DNA of 64,000 nt from the human T2T-CHM13v2.0 reference genome, Homo sapiens. Of the stretch, positions 57,775 through 64,000 are shown in pieces. The number at the start of each line of letters is the position of its first letter. Position 1 is the stretch's first letter. The stretch lies in assembly GCF_009914755.1 (NCBI RefSeq), contig NC_060947.1, one strand, 5' to 3'. The notes under the pieces are model-generated. The model saw only the letters and a list, made by a program, of their open reading frames with translations, was not told the origin of the DNA and did not search any database. Both the position numbers and the translations under genes were made by a program.

Positions 57775-58405
57775 CCTTCACCTCAAATTTGCATTAATGC
57801 TATAGCCTAACAAACTTCATTTCTTTCTTCCCACTCTGTTGGATGTTACTGCCAGATATTCTTCCTTAAATACTTTAATCAACTCAGATCCCTGTGCAAG
57901 AAATTTCAATAGCTCCCTATTGCCAGACACATTAAACATCAACCCTTCTGCCTTACTTTTAGGACACTTATTCCATGTTTCTATACAATTTTCTATCCCA
58001 CTACTCACCTACGTGAATATTCAGCCTCATTCTGGACCGGTTTTTCCCTATTGTCCATCCTACTATTTCTGCCCCCATACCTGCTGTTCTTCTAGCTTAG
58101 TGTACCTTCTTCTCCATCCATCCAAGTCCTATCTATCTCTCAAGAACCAACTCAAGCCTCTCTTCTTCCATGAAGCTTTTGCTTAATGCTTCAGAATATG
58201 CGGATGTCTTTATTTTATAAGTTCTTATTGTACTTCCTCAGGATACCTCATACTCTAACTGCTAAGTATCTATCTGATTATTTCATGCCTGGTAAGTTTT
58301 TGGCTCCTCATATACAATTTAAGGTTCTTGGAGATGCAAATCACACGTTTTCCTTCTCTCAGTATCTTGCAAGCACATGGTGTTTATCGATAAATCCTCA
58401 CTGAC
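57775..58405 (+). mobile_element. L2 LINE fragment
   Basis: CTGCCAGATATTCTTCCTTAAAT...AATAGCTCCCTATTGCC...CAAGTCCTATCTATCTCTCAAGAACCAACTCAAG...GCACATGGTGTTTATCGATAAAT. Confidence 0.65.
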
Positions 58406-58456
58406 TAGTGAAAAGCCATTCAACTGAGGTTTAGCTCATTTCTTTGCGGAATTATT

Positions 58457-58458
<2 letters not shown>

Positions 58459-58503
<45 letters not shown>
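58459..58503. repeat. (TG)22 microsatellite
   Basis: Perfect dinucleotide run read directly. Confidence 0.95.
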
Positions 58504-58508
<5 letters not shown>

Positions 58509-59499
58509 TGCTGTTTTCTAAGACAGTTTGAGACCATGTTTATCCATGTTATGCTGAAATTCACTTGTGCTTTCTGACCACTGCTCATTCCTAAGTTTTC
58601 AGAAGCAAATCCTTGATTAGTGAGTCTGAGCTGGGAATTTGGAATACAGACCTGTCTTGATGGCAGGAGCTGTGCTTGCATCACTTCACTCATTCCTTAG
58701 TGAATTTAGCAGCTCCTTCTTGGGAAATCTGTAAGTGAATCATTGTGATAAAGAAGTTGAGAAAAGCTCAGAGCTCTAGACCTTGATGGCTTAGGAATAA
58801 ACATCCATCTATAGAAAAGGAAGAGAGAAAGCGAAAGATGACACAACTATGTCATGGTACCTCTAGGATGAGCAATCAGGTACTGGCCAAAATCTGAAGA
58901 ACCAGACAGCTTTAAGGAAGGACAGAGAAAAAAAATTTGTCAGCCGACTTTCTTGGAAATGAAAGTGTGCTAAATAAAGGAAAGAAAGCAGGGAACTGTG
59001 AAAGGATTTCACAGAAGCGAACGTCTTGAATTTGTTTTGAGTAATTTAGTATGCGGTATGAATAGTATTTTAAGGCTTCTGAAATCACACTTTGCCCTGT
59101 TAAACTCAGAATTCATTCTTAGGCTTCTGAAGTAGTGAAATGGAAACAACACAGCTTCTTGGTTTTATGTACATGTGGTTGGAATAAATGCATCCCCCCC
59201 AACCTTTGCAACCATTGCCCGTTTCCCTACCAAAAGAAAATGCTCACAGTTTGGCCCTTCTTTCTTTTTCATTTACTTGCCCCACCAAATTGGCTTTAGT
59301 AAACAGACTATAATCCACAAAGCTGTTTGTTGTGCGTAGGAACCACAAATTTCACCCACAATCAGGTGTTTCACAGCCAGCTACAAGGAGAAAAATAATC
59401 AAAGGCATGTCAATTGAATTGCTAGAAGGTATTGGTCATCTCTTTTTTCACAGATGCTTCATTAGTGAGTTCACTGAACTGACCCCTACAGAAAGCTTT

Positions 59500-59650
59500 G
59501 TCTAGTGGAATGACTGAGCATCATGAGACTAAGGCCCTAACTGGCTATTTGACTTTGAGAAACCCACTTAACCCCTGTGCTTTAGGTGTCTCATCTGTAA
59601 AATTAGAGGGCTGAACTATACAATCTCTGAGGTACCATCCAGGATTGACA
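59500..59650 (+). mobile_element. MIR SINE
   Basis: TGACTTTGAGAAACCCACTTAACCCCTGTGCTTTAGGTGTCTCATCTGTAAAAT. Confidence 0.7.
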
Positions 59651-60929
59651 AATGATTTGTGACCACTCTGCTGCCTCCAGTGCTCCTGATATTTATCGCT
59701 CCTGATATTTATCTCTGCCTTCATGTTCTATCTACTCTTAGATTCTGAGGAAACTCTTCTTTTCTCACCTGCTAGACAAATTCTTGGTTTTATCACCTGG
59801 CTCTTCTTTTTGTTAGTTTATTTTTTCTTGATGGTTGAAAACTATAAATGGGTTAAATATTCCTCAGTTCAGAAGTCAGAAACAGTCAGCCCTGACAAAC
59901 ACAGTGTTTAGTTTAATTTGTTTCTTTTTGAACTTTTTTTGAAACATGGAATTAGTTACCAGCATTTAAAAATCAAGAGATCACACATAAATATCCAGAT
60001 TTTTAACTTTTCTGAATGAATCATAAAATCAAGAAACAAAAGGTGCTCATTTCTTAAGGGATCAGCTAGAGGAGTGATACTCCCTTTTAGCCTGATCTCT
60101 CCAGTTTACACCCCCCATTTCTCCCTTCTGATTGTCTTCCTGGCACTGAGGCCAAGTGTAGTTGCCATTTATTATTATGCCTTGTGTTGCTGGTTCACTG
60201 TTTATGTGGGGCATGGGCTCCTCCAGTTTACTACAAACCCCACCACTTCTTATGACATTGAGGATGAATGTCAGTTACTGTTTATTAGCACAATTACATT
60301 GTCGTATTCATATGCTGTATTGAAAATGAAACTGATATTTTATACCTGCATCTCTATCAAAAGTAAGAAAACATATTAAACTAAAAGAGCCGAGTGTTTT
60401 ATTTGTCCAACTCAGTGTACAGTTTTCTTTTCCCTTCCTGACTTCATTTGTGTTTGTAACCTCTACTCTAAGCTGAATATATTCTCAATATATTCCACCT
60501 TCACAAAATATATTTATCCCAGAGTCTCCGTTTTTTCTCTTTGCGTCCCCTTCTTATGCCTGCCTGCTCCACATAAAGTAGTTGGGGAAGTTTGTTGGTG
60601 GCTGTAATAGAAGAAGCCAGCTAGAAGATTTGAAGTTTTATAGTAAAAAAGAAAGTACTAACCTGGTATTGTTTCAAGACAGAATATTTGTTTGAACTCA
60701 CCTAAATCTGCCACATCACTTCCAAAGGGACCATGAAGAAATATTGCAGATTTGCTGCAAAGGCAGAAAAAGTGCTTTAATAGCATTCTAGTCATAGCTT
60801 TGCACCATGGGAGTTTCTGTTCCCAGTTGTCATAGCTGAAGTATGCTGATTTTCCGTGACATTTTTTGGGTCTATTTCCCTGGAACACACATTTAAAGAG
60901 TTTAAGAAAGTATAATACCTGGACAGATG

Positions 60930-61120
60930 CTTCCTTCTAATAGTAATCTTGACATAGTTGCTAACTTCTTTTTGCGTCAAAATCACCCAGGTGATGCAGA
61001 TTCCAAGGCCTCATCCTCAGAAATTCTGATTGTGCAGGTCAGGGTGGAGTATATGTGTCTGCATATGTCAGTGGAGGTACTGATCCAGGTGATCGGTGGC
61101 TCACACTTTAAGAAACGATC
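60930..61120. mobile_element. MER5A-like relic
   Basis: AATCACCCAGG...ATGCAGATTCCAAGGCCTCATCCTCAGAAATTCTGATT...CACACTTTAAGAAAC. Confidence 0.6.
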
Positions 61121-61713
61121 ATCTATGAAGGGTTAGCCATGCTGCCTCAGCATGGAAAGGCAAACCTTGCCTTTTTCTTTAAGTTTATCTGGACAAACAT
61201 TTAAACAGTTTCTCAGTAACTCACTTTAGGGCCACACACTCAAAAAAAGAGTCAGAAACCAGATTAACACAATACTACTACAATTTGAGAACTTCAACAA
61301 GAAAATAAAAACCCTAGACACAGAGCAGAGCTTCCTATCTCCATTTTCTGGCCACTAATAGGCATAGATCAGAAAAAAGCATCACTTACTTTTCTCCATA
61401 TTATACAACCCCAACACATAAAGGTGTCTAAAGGACAAGGATATGGGGAAATCACACTCCAGACCTCAAATGAACTATTTTCCCATTTACAAATGCAGGG
61501 CAAATATTATAACACAATTCCTGTGGTGTTATTTCTTCTGGTGTGGGTGTTCTTTAAGTGAATGAAGTAGCTTGCTTCTCTTTCCAGGACATGCTTTGCT
61601 TTTCTCTGAACAAAGTTCAGAAGTTTGTAGCAGCTTGTGCTTGGAAAAATTAGCTGCTTGAGGTAGTAGATGGAGGCTATGCATTCTAAATGCTTATTAA
61701 CAATACAGGTTCT

Positions 61714-64000
61714 GGAGGCGGAGCAAGATAGTGGAAGAGAAGACTCTACCAATTGTCCTCCCCCTGCAAGGACAGCAATTTAACAGCTATCTACACAAAA
61801 AAGCACCTTTATAAGAACCAAAATACAGGTGACCACTAACGCTCCTTGGTTTTAACTTCATATCACTGAAAGAGGCACTAAAGAGGCAGGAAAAAAAGAC
61901 TTGAATCACCAACACCACCCCTCCTCCACCTCCCAGCAGCAATGGCATAGTGAAGAGAGTGTTTTTGTCCCCTGGGGAGGGGAGAATTCAGCAACTGTGA
62001 GGCATTGAACTCAGTGCTCTCCTGTTATCGCAGAATGAAAAACCATACTTAACTCAGCTGACCCTCCATGTGGAGGGAGCATTTAAACCACCCCTAGCCA
62101 GAGGGAAATTTCTGATCCCAACAGTTGGAACTTGAGTTCCTGTAACACTTGCCACCGTGAGCCAAAGTGCTCTAGGGACCTAAATAAACTTGAAAGGAAG
62201 TCTAAGCCACAATGACTGCAACTTCTAGGCAAGTCCTAGTGCTGAACTGGCCTCAGAACCTATATTAGTCTGTTCTCACATTGCTATAAAGAAATATCTG
62301 AAACTGGATCATTTGTAAAGAAAAGTGGTTTAATTGATTCATGGTTCCACAGGCTGTACAGAAAGCACTGTGCTGGCATCTGTTGAGTTTCTGGGGAGGC
62401 CTCAAGAAACATAAAATATGGCAGGAGGCAAAGTGGGAGCAGGCACTTCACATGGCCAGAGCAGGAGGAAGAGAGAGCGAGGGGAGAGGTGTCACAGTTT
62501 TAAATTACCAAATCTCATGAGAATGAACTCACTATCATGAGGACAGTATAAGGGGACGGTGCTAAACCATTCATGAGAAACCACCCCTATAATCCAGTCA
62601 CCTCCCACCATGCCCCCCCTCCAACACTGGGAATTACATATTGACATGTGATTTGGTGGGAAAACATCTAAACTATATCAGAGCCAGAGAACTGGGGGAA
62701 ATGCAACCTACTGAGACACCAACTGAAGTGGCTAAAGGAGTGATGGCATCACCTCTACCCTAACCCCAGGCTGCACAGCTTGCAGCTGCAAAAGAGACTC
62801 CTTCCATCTGCTTGAGGAGAGGAGAGGACAGAGTGGGGAACACATTGTCCTGCATCTTGGATAGCAGCTCAGCCACAGCAAGTTAGAATACTAGTCAGTC
62901 TTCGGGCCCCCTTTCCAGGCCCTAGCTCCCAGATGACATTTCCAGATATATGCTGGGACAGAAGGGTACCTGCTTCCTTGAAGGGAAGGACCCAGTTCTG
63001 GCAGACTTTATTACCTGCTAACTGAAGAGCCCTGTGTCCCTGAATAATCAGCAGTGATACCCAGATACTACATCGAGGGCCTTGGGTGAGATACACAGAC
63101 TTGCTGGCTTCAGATGAGACTCTGCACATCCCCAGATATGATGGCTATGAGGCAAGACTTCTGCTTGAGAAAAGCAAAGGCAAAGGTAAAGTGGACTTTG
63201 TCTTATACCTAAGGAACCAGCTCAGCCACAGGAGAGTAAAGCACCAAGTGGGCTCTTGGGGTCCCCGATTCCAGGACTTGACCTTTGGACAGCAGTTTTG
63301 GACCTTGCCTGAACCAAAGGGAAGCCCAGTGCTCTGAAGGGGAGTCCCAGGCCAGGCAGAATTCACCACAGCTGACTGCAGGGGCCTTGGACCTCAAGGG
63401 AACATTGGTGGTAGTCTGGTAGTACTCCCTGTGGGCCTGTGGTGGCAGTAACCATGGAGTGAGGCTCCTCTACCTTTGGAAATGGTAGCAAAGAGCAGGA
63501 AGGACTGCATCTTGTAGTTCGAGTGCCACTTCAGCCACAATATACTAGAACACCAGGTAGACTACTAAGGTTTTTGACTGCAGTCCCTGGCCCCTGGATG
63601 GCAACTCTTGACACACCTGGGGCCTGGAGGCACTCATCACCCTGAAGGCAAGGAAACAAGCCTTACTGTCTTTGCCACCTGCTGATTGTACAGCCCCAGG
63701 GCCTTGAGTGAACACAAGTGGTAGGCAAAGAGTGGTTATAGCAAGCCTTGTATGAGACACAGGGCTGTGATGGCATCAGATGTGATCCAGCACAGTCCTA
63801 GTAGTGATGGCCACAGTGGTGCTTGTGTTACTCTACCCCCAGCTCCAGGAAGCTCAGAACGGACAGAGAGACTCTGTTTGGGAGAAAGTGAGAGAAGAGA
63901 ACAATAGTTTCTGCCTGCTAAACCCAATAATTCTTCCAAATTTTGTCCGAGCATGAAAGCAGTACCTTAGTGAGTCTGCAGGAACAACAGCATTACTGGG
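61714..64000 (+). mobile_element. 5'UTR of an old primate L1 (L1M1/L1MA1-L1PB-type), runs off the window end
   Basis: 5' terminus GGAGGCGGAGCAAGATAG...CTATCTACACAAAAAAGCACCTT...GGTTTTAACTTCATATCACTGAAAGAGGCACT followed by GC-rich UTR. Confidence 0.8.
62261..62680 (-). mobile_element. MSTA-like solo LTR inserted in the L1 5'UTR
   Basis: TATATTAGTCTGTTCTCACATTGCTATAAAGAAATA...AACTATATCA; TSD GAACC/GAGCC. Confidence 0.88.

Overview
This is primate (human-like) non-coding DNA, AT-rich and very rich in L1. I see no supportable exon of a resident gene, no tRNA or rRNA gene and no CRISPR array. The main non-repeat object is a ~2.95 kb retrocopy of CCDC121 mRNA (36669-39629, + strand). It has an AATAAA signal, a short A tail and a target-site duplication (TSD). 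It keeps an uninterrupted 279-codon ORF in which only the C-terminal ~21 residues are frameshifted. Its CpG-rich 5' end carries, in antisense, the start of the overlapping GPN1 gene (MRCLYGRVGGA). The rest is a layered transposon record: a twin-primed (5'-inverted) L1PA3/4; MST/THE1/MLT1 LTRs; a decayed LTR16/ERVL provirus; Alus; L2/MIR; DNA-transposon relics; and a 10.4 kb TSD-bounded L1MA 'shell' whose interior was replaced by younger L1s and a foreign segment ending in a 52-bp near-perfect inverted repeat. Repeat subfamily names and gene identities come from recalled consensus and protein sequences, not from a search, and boundaries of old repeats are approximate. I cannot support a wholly new biological system. 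The best leads are the potentially expressed retrocopy, reuse of one L1 target site, and several atypical insertion or repair junctions.
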